In this document: in pieces, positions 51,900 through 64,000 of the stretch | Layout: each line of letters begins with the position of its first letter | Position numbering within the stretch: position 1 is the stretch's first letter | DNA from: Lama glama | Taxonomy: Eukaryota | Assembly: GCA_028534125.1 (NCBI GenBank) | Contig: CM052817.1 | Coordinates: 67,396,001-67,460,000 of the forward strand | Direction of reading: 5' to 3' | Length of the DNA stretch: 64,000 bases | Made by a program: the position numbers and the translations under genes | Notes under the pieces: model-generated | Database searches by the model: none | What the model was told of the DNA's origin: nothing | The model's input: the letters and a program-made list of their open reading frames with translations, nothing else

Positions 51900-53269
51900 T
51901 TTTTTTGAAGGATGGTTGTTTACAATGTGTCAATTTCTGGTGTACAGCATGTTTCAGTCATATATATACATACATATATTTCTTTTCAAATTCTTTTTCA
52001 TTATAGGCCATCACAAAGTACTGAACATAGTTTCCTGTGCTATATATACAGTAGGACCTTGTTGTTTATCTATTTTATATATAGTAGTTAGTATCTGCAA
52101 ATATCAAGCTCCCAGTTTATCCCTCCATGCCCCACCCTTTCCCCACCTGGTAACCACAATTTTGTTCCCTTTATCTGTGAGTGTGTTTCTGCTTTGTAAA
52201 TAAGTGCATTTGTCTCATGTTTTTAGATTCTGCATCTAAGTGATATCATATGGTATTTTTCTTTCTCTTCCTGTCTTACTTCACTTAGTATGATGATCTC
52301 CAGGTCCATCCATGTTGTTGCAAATGGCATTATTTTATTATTTTTTATGGCTGAGTATTATTCCATTGTATATATATACCACATCTTTATCCAATCATCT
52401 GTCAAAGGACATTTAGGTTGCTTCCATGTCTTGGCTATTGTAAATAGTGCTGCTGTGAACACTGGGGTGGATGTATCTTTTCAAATCAGAGTTCCCTCCA
52501 GATACATGCCCAGGAGTGGGATTGCTGGATCATATGTTAACTCTATTTTTAGTTTTTTTAAGGAATCTTCATACTGTTTTCCATAATGGCTATACCAAAC
52601 TATATTCCCACCAACAGTGTAGGAGGATTTCCTTTTCTCCACACCCTCTTCAGCACTTATTGTTTGTGGATTTTTTTTATGATGGCTATTCTGACTGGTG
52701 TGAGGTGATACCTCATTGTGGTTTTGATTTGCATTCCTATAATAGTTAGCAATATTGAGTATTTTTTCATGAGCCATTTGTATGTCTTCATTGGAGAAAT
52801 GTTTGTTTAGGTTTTCTGCCCATTTTTTATTGGATTGCTTGTTTTTTTGTTATTAGCTGTTTGTATATTCTGGGAATTAAGCCTTTGTCAGTCTCATTGT
52901 TTGCAAATATTTTCTCCCATTCTGTAGGTTGTCTTTTCATTTTGTTTGTAGTTTCCTTTGCTGTGCAAAAGCTTTATAAGTTTAATTATGTCCCATTTGT
53001 TTATTTTTGCTTTTATTTCAGTTGCATTGGTAGACTGCCCTAGGAGAACATTGCTAAGATTTATGTCAAAGAATGTTTTGCCTGTGTTTTCTTCTAGGAG
53101 GCTTATAGTGTCTTGGCTTATATTTAAATCTTTAAGCCATTTTGAGTTTATTTTTTTATATTGTGTGAGAGAGTGTTCTAACTTCATTGATTTACATGCA
53201 GCTGTTCAGTTTTCCCAATACCACTTGCTGAAGAGGCAGTCTTTTCTCCATGGTTTATTCCTGCCTCCT
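51900..53269 (-). mobile_element. Young 5'-truncated L1 (about 1.37 kb)
   Basis: ORF2 peptides KINSKWLKDLNI and [20 protein letters not shown] on the - strand; 17-bp TSD tgagtcaactgtgctta (51883-51899) and tgagtcaactgtgttta (53270-53286). Confidence 0.97.
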
Positions 53270-54949
53270 TGAGTCAACTGTGTTTAGATATAATACCTAC
53301 AAATTGTAAGGCTCCATGGAAGTGACTTTGTAAACACCAGATTAAAAAAGTTACATCAAATTTTCCAAACTATGTCACTTTGTCGTATTGTTAGATAATG
53401 TTTAAAGTCCTTAGAAATACACCACCACATGGGGAGTTAATTTTCACACTTATCTGGTATCTGGAAGAGGTTAAGCTAAGCTGTGGGAAAGATGGTACCT
53501 TTTCCTGCTCTAGATCTAAGTCTCTGTTGGACTGAATGGAGGAGCTCTCTCAGATTGGCCAAACCTAGAGAAAGGGCATGACTTAGCAATTGATCTCAAA
53601 AATAAGATAGAGAATGCCATTACATCACATTTATTAATATGGGAGGACATTTGCAATGTATTGTTAAAATGATAGAGGTAAATAATAAAACAATATTTAT
53701 AGTCATTAATAATTTTGTGAGCAAGGAATAAAAAAATTATTTAAGTAGATATAAGCAAGAATTCATAATGATTATCTCTAGGTGACAGCTGTGGAAGTTT
53801 TCTTGCTTTATCTGAAATTTCTAATATTACTCAATGAACAAACATTATTCTGCCATAAAAGAAATGGTATTTTTAACTTTTAACAAAAAAAATCAGTTTT
53901 TGTCTTCAAAATTTTCTGAGATATTACCTCAGATTTGATATTATCTCAGGTTTTGATTCATGCATATTTGATATTTAATAGACATAAATTTTCCTTCATG
54001 TTACATGCATATTTGCATGTAATCTATAGATTATGCAGATAAATGTATCTAGTAAGTAATGACAGATTTAAGTTTATATAAAATTAACAAGACCTTTTAA
54101 CCTCATCATTCAATGGTAACAAATTTTGCTGAGACCTTTAAGTTAATTTTATTTCATGCTAACAATAGGAATAAATTTTTGACTTGTAAAATTAATAGGG
54201 TCATATAAAATTAATAGTTATTGGTTTGTTTCTCCAGTTACATGCAGAGAGTCTTACAATCATATAATGATTTAGGGCTACAGGAGATCATCAGCTTAAC
54301 CCATTAATTTTACAGATAAGTATTCTGAGGTTCAAAGAGACTAAGAAATTATGCAAGGTCACTCGTTTATTTCATGGCAGTCAGTACTATGACCAAGTCT
54401 TCTGATGTTGAGTCCATTTAAGGTCACAGTGTATACAAAAGAGCCAGAAAGAATTCACTTCTTTCTTCTGAAATTCTTTGCTTTACTCTGTTTGAAATTC
54501 TGAAGTTCTTTCTTTAATTTTAAAGTACTTGGTTTATCTCTTTACAACTTATCTTTTAATATTAATCAATTTAGATTTAGGTTTACCTTGAAGCAATTTA
54601 AGACACACATAGTGCTAAATATATACATTAAATATACAGCTATGGCTTTTAAAAAGTTTTGATCTTACGCCCTAATTCCACTTAGCTGACATGTTGAATT
54701 TTCAAGAACAGTTTTATAGATTTCAATTTAGAGGTCAAGTATTGTAAACTCACATGTGTCTGGCAGTAATCCACAGGAATGGTTCAAAAATACCTTAGTG
54801 TTGCACTCGCGCATGTGCACACACACACACACACACGGTTACAAACTTACATTTAGTTCATTTTGATAATAAGTGATACTGAGTATGATAATCTGTTTTA
54901 ACTAATATTTCATATGAGGAATCATTTAAAACATTGATCACATTTAGGA

Positions 54950-55180
54950 AGCAACACGGCATAGGGGAAGGGCTTTGGAATCTTAAACATCAAAGTGAAC
55001 TTCCAGTCCACCTACCAACATTCAGACCTTGAGGTAAATTGTTCGACATTTTTGGGCTTGTTTCCCTATGAAAGTAGGATTTAAATCTACCTAGAAGATT
55101 TTCTGAATGGAAAGAAATCTTATGTAAAACACCCAGGTTATTGAAGGACACATAGAAAACATTCAATACATTGTACCTTA
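54950..55180 (+). mobile_element. MIR SINE
   Basis: aagcaacacggcataggggaagggctttggaatc...gaccttgaggtaaatt, a degenerate MIR. Confidence 0.6.
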
Positions 55181-55544
55181 TTTTTAAATTAGACTTTACA
55201 TAGAGAATGCATAAGCAGCGTCCTTTTTAAACTCCGTTAATCTGTATTTTCCTTCCGTTCATGCTCATCCAGTTGTTCACTGTTACGATAATAGGTTACA
55301 GTCTCATCTTATTCCATAGCTCAACAGACCATGGAAGAGTACGTTCCAGGGAAAACCTGGTCTCCTCTGAGGAGAATAGGAAATTTCAGAAAGAGGATGC
55401 AGTATATAGTCTATATTTAAGAAGTTCAATTATCTTATCCCATGTGCAGAAACAACCAGAATGTAAACATTTCCAAAAATCTCAAATTTATAAGGATTCT
55501 TAAAAATTTTTGTTAGTCATCAGACCTTCACATGAATGTAAGCA

Positions 55545-56470
55545 ATGCATGTTACTGAGGATATAGGTGTTAACTGCCTCTATCTCTGCAGAAAAGTGAA
55601 CAGCACACTGTGGAAGACACAGCAGCTATCTTCAACCATTTGGATGGCTGTCATATTGTATCAGCCAGGGTTGCTTGTTACAAGCAACAGAGATGGACTT
55701 TGAATGGTTTAAGCAGAAAAGTCAATTACGGAGTAGCTCATAAAATCACTAGGAAGACTCAGAACCAGGCTTGGGAAAGGGCACGAACAAAGAAGGCTTA
55801 GTAGCAGCCAGGATCCCATCCAGAATCATCCCACAAAACCAGCAAACACACCCCTGTGCTGCCACCCCACTGGACACGTGACCTCGTGGCCTGTGCTGCC
55901 GTCACCCTGGCTCTGAACCGTGGATGCCACTGTTGCTCTCCTGCTCTACTGCCTGTAGAAACACAACCCTTCAAGCTCTCTTGCCATTGCTTGCTGCTAC
56001 AGGGCATTGTCTGCGGTCCGTTTTTTCTAGGTTCACCAGCACCAGACTTAAAGTTGAGCTAAGGAAGACTGTGAATAAATATTTCTGCTTTAGCCTCTCC
56101 TCTCTCCCTCTATAAGTGAGTTCTCTAAACAGAGGAGGGTTCAGATGTTGGGCAGCCAAGGAAATACACAAAGTATCCACTATCTAACTGGATGAGCAGG
56201 CAGAGTTTTTTTCTGAGTTGCTACAACAGAAAGCAGGACCAAGAGAAATATAGAGGGAAAGAGAGGTTTGGGGTTTGCAAATTTAAACATGATAAGAAAC
56301 TTTCCACAAAATTAAATTGTTAAAGAATGAGATAACTATTCTAGAACTTTGGGAACTGGCTGACACTATTGAAAGTTAAGTAAGTGCTATATGGCCATCG
56401 GAAAAGAGAGCCACAGAAAACAACAAGAACAACAACAACGTTCCTATGATTCTCCCCTTCCGGTGTGATT
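55545..56470 (+). mobile_element. L3/CR1 3' fragment split by an MLT1 LTR
   Basis: gcagctatcttcaaccatttggatggctgtcat before the LTR and ...gataagaaactttcc...agaatgagataact after it. Confidence 0.55.
55657..56183 (-). mobile_element. ERVL-MaLR solo LTR (MLT1K/L-like)
   Basis: tgtatcagccagggttgcttgttacaagcaacagag...ggagggttcagatgttgggcagccaa...tccacta. Confidence 0.75.
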
Positions 56471-56929
56471 GGGATTCTGCCCCAGATCATGGGTTTTTTG
56501 TGTATTTCCACCATATTCTATGTTATGATCCTGTTGCAAATATCTCCAGGGGTCTGGGACACACAGAACTCCCCACCTTCCTGTGCAACTTGGTCAACTC
56601 TGTAAACTCCCAGGTGTTTTAATATTAGCTATATATATTTCTGTGGTCAATATCTCTATCCATCTATCTATATGATATATTCATACATATATGATGTGAT
56701 ATATATTATATATGTTATATACTATACATAAATAATATTTTCTATTCAAAGGTGAACCTGCTAGTGAAGTAGATCTGCAAGCACAGTATAGATTATAAAT
56801 AATAACAATAAAGCTAATAATTACCTGCTGACATTTATACAAAAAGTACAATCAGACCCCTGACTTTCAGATGTGACTGGTATTTACAAAGTTTTGAAAT
56901 TACTTATGCTTCTGAATTTTATTAATAAT

Positions 56930-57160
56930 AATAATGGCACTGTTAACAACAATATACTCATTGTACTACTAAGTGCTTAAGTATATCATCTAATTTAAAC
57001 CTCACAGCAACACAGTAAGTTTGTTATCCTCATTATCAGGTGAAGACACAATCTCAAAGCTGTTACCTATGTTTTCTAACTTTGCAGGTCTGGTTGGTGA
57101 TAGAATCTGCGCTACTACCACGGCCAATCTGACTCTAGCATCCATGCTCTTGGTGACTGT
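56930..57160 (-). mobile_element. MIR SINE
   Basis: ctaagtgctt...catctaatttaaacctcacagcaac...cctcattatcaggtgaagaca. Confidence 0.7.
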
Positions 57161-58204
57161 CTCTCCACTCATTGGTACTTTTGCATCTTCTATAACTGTG
57201 TCTCTACCCTTTCTGCTTTTTCTTCTCAGCCACCCATAGCTGCTCTATTTCTTGATGTAAAATTCTGCATGTGCTCAAGGTATTTATGGTGTCCACCTGC
57301 TTGCATCCATGTAGCAAATAAATATTCAGTTCTACAGCAATCATTTACCTTTTTGTATAGCTCCCTCCCCATAGAAAACACAAGCCTCCCTTCCATTCCT
57401 GGAGAGCAGTGGGGCTCCAGACCCCCAGAGCTGGATGTCCTGATGTCCAAAATAATCCACATACCATTCAGAGGCAACATCTCAAGAAACTGCTAGGGTT
57501 CTAAGTTGAACCTCAGGAATCCATGGGGAGAGATTCCTGAGGAAATTGGGATGTTTAGTAACAGAAGACAGTACCACTATTTTACAAACATTAGTTATAA
57601 TTATGGCAGTTTTAAAATGAATTTAGTCAAATGTCATAGGCCCATGAGTTAGGCAAACCTTACTCCTAAGGCATCATCTCTTTCCACCCAGTGCAAAAAT
57701 ACCCTCTACGACACCCATGACAGATGGTTCTTCACCTCTGCCTGAACACTTTGGGAAATGGAGAACTCTGGCCTATTTTATATTGAATAAGGAGCTTCCT
57801 GTTGCCGCTGGCACAAAGTTTTTCAGGCCTAGAAATCAGAATTTATCAGCTCACTGGGGAGCTTCAGAAAATAGAACCACATGCCTGCTATTCTGGGCAC
57901 CATCTTTCATTATCAAGGTATCTGGAAACTAAATGAATAATCAGAAGGATGCTTTCTAAACTTAGAATAATAGAAAATAAAATTACATATTATTATAAAA
58001 TTTTTCCCTCAAGTCATGGAAAAAGCCTCGTGAGTTATTCCTGTCCAACCACAGAGAGAACATTTCTAATAAGTGGAATGTAGAGGCTCTCTCTCGCTTT
58101 CCGGAAAAATGCTGAATAAATTCAATCCAATTTCTCAAAACAACCAGTTTTTATCAGCCACCAAATCCATCACCGCACGCCAGATTTTTCCTAGGGCGAC
58201 ACGG

Positions 58205-60857
58205 TGCATGCTGGTGAGGAGGGGTATCAGCACACTGGACGCCCGGTAGTGGCCGTCTTTTGCAGGCTGGTACTGACAGTAGGAGCCGCTATTACAAAAC
58301 TGGGCTCCCGAGTAGCAAGGGGGACGACAGGACCTAGAACAGCAGAGACTAATGCTGCACTTCACCTCAGAAGCAGAGTGGACAGAATTACGTTAAGTGG
58401 CAGCAGGGTTAAGAAAGGTAGGACCTGCACTGGGGGTGGGGGGGTGGGGCCGGGGGCTGCTGACCTTCAGGAATCTATGGAGGGGGCTCCTAGAACATGC
58501 TGTTTCGAAAGGCAAAAAAGATGAGCCACCAACAAGAGAACTGCTTAATATATAATTAAAAGAGATGAAGAATGAATGAGCAGAAGCCTGAGATAGGGTA
58601 CCCTAATGAAAGTCACGATCCTTCACTCAGTTTCCAGATTTCTGCCAGTTCTAAGACCAAAAACCTGTCAAAGGAGAGGCAAGATCTTCATAACGAAGGG
58701 CCCTGATACAGCATGTATTTAGAAGTGGTTTTGCCTTTTTTTTCTTTTTTTCCCCCCATTTTTTAAATTGAAGTATAGTCAGTTTACAATGTTGTGTCAG
58801 TTTCTGGTGTACAGCATAATGTTTCAGTCATACATATACATACATATACTTGTTTTCATATTCTTTTTAACCATAAGTTACTATAAGATATTGAATATAG
58901 TTCCCTGTGCTATATAGTATAAACTTATTGTTTATCTATTTTATATATATTAGTTAGTACCTGCAAAGCTCAAACTCCCAATTTATCCCTTCCCACCCCA
59001 TTCCCCCTCTGGTAACCTAAGTTTGTTTTCTAGATCTAAGAGTCTATTTATGTTCTGTAAATAAGTTCATTTATGTCCCTTTTTTTCTTAGAGGGGTCTA
59101 TGGTTATTTACTCAAGAAACATACATGGGGCAGAGCCTGAGTCTGGCTCAGGAATGGCATAGAATGGGGGTATAAGCAGAAAATGGACTGCTGCTGCACC
59201 ATAGGCTCTACTCAAGAATGACCTCATGTGACAGCAATGGCGGATATCCTCCCAAAGAGCAGATCTTAGAGCTATACATCTGCTCATTTACTTTGAGTGG
59301 AATGAAAAGTTGCCTGAGGTTACAGTCTCACGGGCAGTGATGAATGACTTAGATTGCGGGTCAGGGCCACGGAAGGAGCAAACTCCCAAGACCTGGAAAA
59401 GGAAGTTCAAGGAAATAAGCAGTGTCTGGGCTTATGGTTAAAAGCGAAAAGTATTAGGATCTCTGTGCCACACTTTAATGTTCATGAAAGACATCCACTA
59501 CAAAAGAGGCATGGAATAACCGAGCCACAAGATGATCTGGCCAGTAGGTGTCGGCCAGCCTCACTCTGCTCACTTCAGCGCTTACACAATAGGCTTATGA
59601 ACAGAGTAAACTTTGGGGGAAAGATGGAAGCCAAGTATGGGCCTAAGAGCACAGGCTTCTTCTCACAAAGACTGATGTAGCTACCACTGTTCATCAATGT
59701 CCAATCTGCCAGTAGCAAAATTCAGCATTGAATTCCCCACATGGTACCAGCCAAAAAATTGGTGACAAGTTGATTACATTGGGTCCTTAATCTCCTAGAT
59801 AGGGTAAGGTTCCATCATGACCTTGATTGATGCATCTGAGTTTGTCTTCCTGCCTAGAGTGCCACCACCAGAACCTTCCAAGGATTTATGAAGTATATAA
59901 GCAATTGACATGGGGTCTATCATAATGTTGTCTTAAAATTAAGAAGTCATCTTATGGCAAAGGAAGCATGGCACTGAACACATGACCATGAGATCTACTG
60001 ATGCTAATCACATACCACAACAGTCAGAAGCTGCCTTTTTGATTAACTATTGGAATGGTCTCCTGAAGGCTTACCTGAGGCACAGCTTAGAGGTGACATC
60101 CCATAAGGATGAGGAGGTATTATTCCAGATATGGTATATGGCTTAAACCAATGGTCATTATATGGTACCATATACCCAATAAATAGAATACATGGGCTCA
60201 TGAAACAGAGTGGAAGCAGGAGTGGTCCTGCTTACCATTTGTCCACTTAACGACTTTGGGAAATTTGCTTCCTGTCTCTTCAACTTTAGGCTCTGTATGT
60301 CTAGAGTTCCTGATTCCAAGGGAAGGGATGCTTCCATCAAGGAACTTGGTAAATAAGAATCCCACTGAACTTTTATGCTGTAGCCACTATTGTAACACTT
60401 TGGGGTCCTTGTGCCAGTAAAGCAGGATCTAAAGAAAAATAACATTATCTCTGGCAGGTATAATTGGTCCTGATCATCATGAGGAAGTAGAACTAAAGCT
60501 ACACAATCAGGACAGGAAGGAATATATTTGACACTCAGGTCATCCATTGGAGAGCATTCATTGATAGGCCCATGCTCAGTCTAATCTGGGAAGGTAACCA
60601 GAGCTCAGACTCCTCAGGGTCAAAGGTCTGGGTCGACTTACCAGGCAAGCTACCTAGACCAGCAGGAGAGGATGATGGGTATTATTCCTAGACTCAGGAC
60701 CAAAGGAGCCATGAGAATGATTGTTTTTCTTCTACTAACTCTTCTTATAAGTTTTCCCAGAAATTGTAACTAACCAGAAAATCTTGAGAAGCTGTGCCTG
60801 GATTGAGTAAATTTAATTAAGAAGCAAGTGGATCTGTGTATTTCAAGAGAGGGACAA
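58205..60857 (+). mobile_element. ERVL internal remnant (ERV3-16A3/ERVL-type): gag C-terminus, RNase H, integrase and dUTPase pseudo-ORFs
   Basis: gag-like VVAVFCRLVLTVGAAITKLGS; RNase H-like KWTAAA...SSQRADLRAIHL; integrase zinc-finger LLLTKTDVATTVHQCPICQ, core QVDYIG and PQQSEAAFLINYWNGLLKAYL; dUTPase-like HFGVLVP and LAGIIGPDHHEEVELKLHN. All are broken by stops or frameshifts. Confidence 0.9.
58736..59090 (-). mobile_element. Young L1 3' end inserted in the ERVL
   Basis: Poly-T, then aattgaagtatagtcagtttacaatgttgtgtcagtttctggtgtacagc; same family as the 26088 and 51900 copies. Confidence 0.93.
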
Positions 60858-61070
60858 TAGTAAATGCTGCTGGTGACCCACTCTTCCTTACTAGCTATTG
60901 CTCCCATCCCAGATATGATATCATCTGACAGCTGCTGTGAGCATTAGCTAACAACTCATAGCTGTCTCTTTATTCAGAGAATGGTGTTTGGTCAAACCGA
61001 AGCTACCACATCCTGAAACTATGCCCCACGTGGAGGAGGAGAAACTTTTGCCAGTGATTGACGTTACTGA
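60858..61070 (+). mobile_element. LTR16-like 3' LTR (partial)
   Basis: After a purine-rich tract (aagagagggac): tagtaaatgctgctggtg...cagctgctgtgagcattagctaacaactcatagctg...ccagtgattg. Confidence 0.7.
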
Positions 61071-61089
61071 TTTACTGAATTAGTTTTGT

Positions 61090-61750
61090 CCATTTGCACA
61101 AGTCAGATAGAGATCTTCCTTTGAAATGTCATTGGTTACATCTGCAAGAGCCTCCTAGTTTGTTGACGTTCCTGTAGTCCTGTTCTCTTACATCCCACCT
61201 TGCATACTGTGTCAGATGGATCTCCCTAAACTCCATTTTCATTGTGTCAGTCTGCCCTTCAAGAATCTGTAATGGTCATTTAACGCCTACCACATTAAGA
61301 CCGCTTACATTACAGGTCAGTTTAACAAATATTAGTTGAGTATAGTCACTGTGCCAGAGACTGAAGACACAAATATGAATACAAAATGGCACTTGCCTTC
61401 ATATTTTCAGTCTTCAAGGGACAGGTGGACTGCTTGCTCTTAGAGGAGGACCAAGCTTTGCCAGTATTGGTATCCCCCAGCTCACAGAAGACAGTGCCGC
61501 CTGAGAAGCTTGGGCATGGTCTCAAAAGGAGATGACAATTGAACCTCATCTTGAAGAGCGGAAGAATAAGAGTTTTTCTTATGCAGATTATGGCACTGAG
61601 AAGTGCTTCCAATGAAGAGATTCCAGCGTGAGCAAGGGTAACGAGGAAAGGGAGTGTGATGAGTTCTTGAGTGACTGGAGTAGCAGCTCTCACTGCACTG
61701 CAGAGATACGCTGAAATGTTGGGTGGCAATCATCTGTGAGGTGTTATATC
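61090..61750. mobile_element. L2 fragments (both orientations)
   Basis: tgcaagagcctcctag...gcccttcaagaatctgtaatggtc (+), then tttaacaaatattagttgag...tgtgccagagactg (-). Confidence 0.6.
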
Positions 61751-61875
61751 AGTAACTTGTGACTAATAATATTAACATGCTGAAGTGTGTGACTGTCTCA
61801 CTTACTGAAATAAATTAGAATCCAAAGCTCTTCCTCGGATAATGTTGGTACCTTATTCCATTCTGATTTCTTCCG

Positions 61876-62535
61876 TGTGGTAAAGATTTTGGCCTTTCCC
61901 AGTCTGGTCATTGTCCCTGGCCCCTGGGAAGTAACCTCTCTATTCTTGTATCGCTCTATTCCTGGGTGATAGTAGTATCTTTGTTATTCATGGTAGGCTT
62001 CTCAGACCCTGTCTGAAAGAGTCATGTGAGCAAGGGGATTCCTGGTAGACCCCTTGTGTCATGTGATAGCCACCCAATCTCTGGAGCATTGAGAGTGGTT
62101 AGAGATGAAGTTTAACTATTTGGGCAATCAATCAAACAATCATGCCTACATTACGAAGTCCCAATAAAAACTCTGGGTACCAAGCTTTCCAGGTTGCCAG
62201 TATACTCTCTGCTTATTATTGCACATTGATGCCAGAGGGTAACGCCTCCACGAAAGCTTTGCATCTGGGATCCTCACTATGTGCCTCTTCCTTTGCTGGT
62301 TCTAATTTGTACCTTCCTAAGAAGCCATAACTGTGAAAACAACAGGTTCCAGTCAGTTCTGTAAATTTTTCAAGTGAATTCCAAATCTGAGAATAGTTTG
62401 GGGAAAACCTTGAACTGCACTTGATGTCAGAAGGGAGGGTTGTGTGGAATCTTCCCTCTAACTTTGTAGTTGGACCCTGACTACTTGCAGTGCCAAAAGG
62501 TTGGGCAGACTTGGAATCTGGAGGACTATACACAG
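61876..62535 (+). mobile_element. ERVL solo LTR (MER21-like)
   Basis: tgtggtaaagattttggcc...cctgggaagtaacctct...caataaaaactctgg (poly(A) signal)...gatgtcagaagggagggt. Confidence 0.75.
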
Positions 62536-62559
62536 TTTGGCTCGCTCTGGGTTCTTTCC

Positions 62560-62725
62560 TTCTTTTTAATTATTTGTTTTATTTTTATTTTCATTGTGGG
62601 CATAATTAGTTTTAATTGTTTATTTATTTATTTTTTAATGGCGGTACTAGGGATTGAACCCAGGACATTGTGCATGCTAGGCACATACTCTACCACTGAG
62701 CTATACCTTTCTCCCCCGCCCCATC
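62560..62725 (-). mobile_element. tRNA-derived SINE (Vic-1-like)
   Basis: gggattgaacccaggacattgtgcatgctaggcacatactctaccactgagctatacc; imperfect TSD ctctgggttctttc and ctctgggtgttttc. Confidence 0.92.
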
Positions 62726-63780
62726 GCCTCTGGGTGTTTTCTTGATTGGAACAGAAGAGGACAGAGTCATAGTGTGCCAACTGATAATTATACATAACCC
62801 TGGGTCGGTCACACATGAGCATGCCATCCGTCCTATGTGTCCCACCCAAGAAGGATGTGCGTGGGTAGATGTGGTAGAAGATGAGGTTACCAAAGTAGGT
62901 ATTGTCTAAACCAGTAATTCTTATTTTATATAACAGTATTTGAAATGGACAATCACATAGTCTGGTAAAAATCTATAATCTAGAAAAATCCTGATAGTTT
63001 ACTGCAAATAACATGGTATTTGAAATCAGAGACCTATGTTGCTCTTTCTAGCTATGCAGGTTTTAGCTTCTTATTTAGTAACTGACTTTGTTTCTTTCTA
63101 TATAAATGAGGATAAAATAAAGCATAATTCAAAGAATTATGCAGTTTAAATAGCAAATTCACAGCATATGAAAGTGCTTTATGAAGCTTAAAATGTTAAT
63201 GATGTCAGTAAATAAGAAGGGTTTTGCTTTTTTCCCCCATCAAATAGTTTTATGACAAAAATTTTTTTCACCTTCTTCATGCTTAGTTTTCTTATCTGTA
63301 AAATGATAAAATCACTTCCACTTTTCTGAGTTCCTCTCAGAGGTGGATACTTTCATTATAATCTTTCTTTTAGGTATCAAAATTCTGATGTATTTTCTTT
63401 TTGTTAAAAAAAAAAAGTGACTTCCTTCTAAAGCCCAATATTCCTGACAGAGAGGAGCAATCGTCATGAAAAATTGATCATTAGGTTTAGAACTCTCCCT
63501 TTGCCAAGACAAGCATCATAATTTGGGCCAAAAACATGCTCAATAGTGAGAGATATATATTGCCTAAGGGAGTGAAAAGTAATATAAAAATTTGCCAAGC
63601 AAGAACTTTCTAATTAACTATTAGTGGAAATATTAATTAACAAACTAAATTCATATAATAATTATATAATTTCACACATCATTGGTTGTATTTTAAAGAA
63701 ATGTAAGTAATGGAATTGATATAATTTCAGTTCCTTGTTTCCTTAATTTCTTCACGGGAGCCAAATTGCTGCATTTTCAG

Positions 63781-63819
63781 GGAAATACAGGTTGTGGTGG
63801 AGAGAGTCTGCAACCGGTG
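63781..63819 (+). other. Candidate 39-nt exon
   Basis: gctgcattttcag|GGAAATACAGGTTGTGGTGGAGAGAGTCTGCAACCGGTG|gtgagt. Confidence 0.25.
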
Positions 63820-64000
63820 GTGAGTGATTCTGAGAACAAGATAAACGCATTCTTCCACTTAGCAACTCTTGTATTTATTGTAGCTGGATACTGCTTTGAG
63901 ATCAAATTTCATTCCATTTTCACCTTTTCTTTCTCCTGATTCAAACAGGTGAGACATCTGGCTTATTGCAACGAGGAATGTTTGTGGCAGAGTGAAAAGC

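Noticed and set aside
1..64000. CRISPR arrays, operons or prokaryotic defence systems; a named host gene
   Set aside because: The sequence is mammalian, with no regularly spaced repeat-spacer array and no coding exon that would justify a gene symbol.

Overview
Mammalian, AT-rich, repeat-dense non-coding DNA, either intergenic or a very long intron. It is probably camelid, because it carries three copies of a short tRNA-derived SINE resembling Vic-1 plus young artiodactyl-type L1 3' ends. I found no recognisable protein-coding exon or RNA gene and cannot name the locus. The ORF track is explained by transposon remnants, simple repeats, the N-gap and chance. The window holds layered retroelements: L1, L2, L3/CR1, MIR, MaLR LTRs including a two-LTR element, several ERVL solo LTRs, and an ERVL internal remnant (gag, RNase H, integrase, dUTPase, LTR) lacking protease/RT. 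It also has hAT and Tigger DNA-transposon fossils, microsatellites and a 500-N assembly gap. The unique sequence includes small CpG-retaining or motif-dense segments (about 9.3, 16.4, 18.3, 27.4, 46 and 58.2 kb), a clean candidate 34-nt minus-strand exon, and two plus-strand AG|GT sites resembling recursive splice sites. There is no firm evidence of a new biological system; the findings are candidates to test. Repeat family names are from recalled consensus sequences and boundaries are approximate unless a TSD is given.
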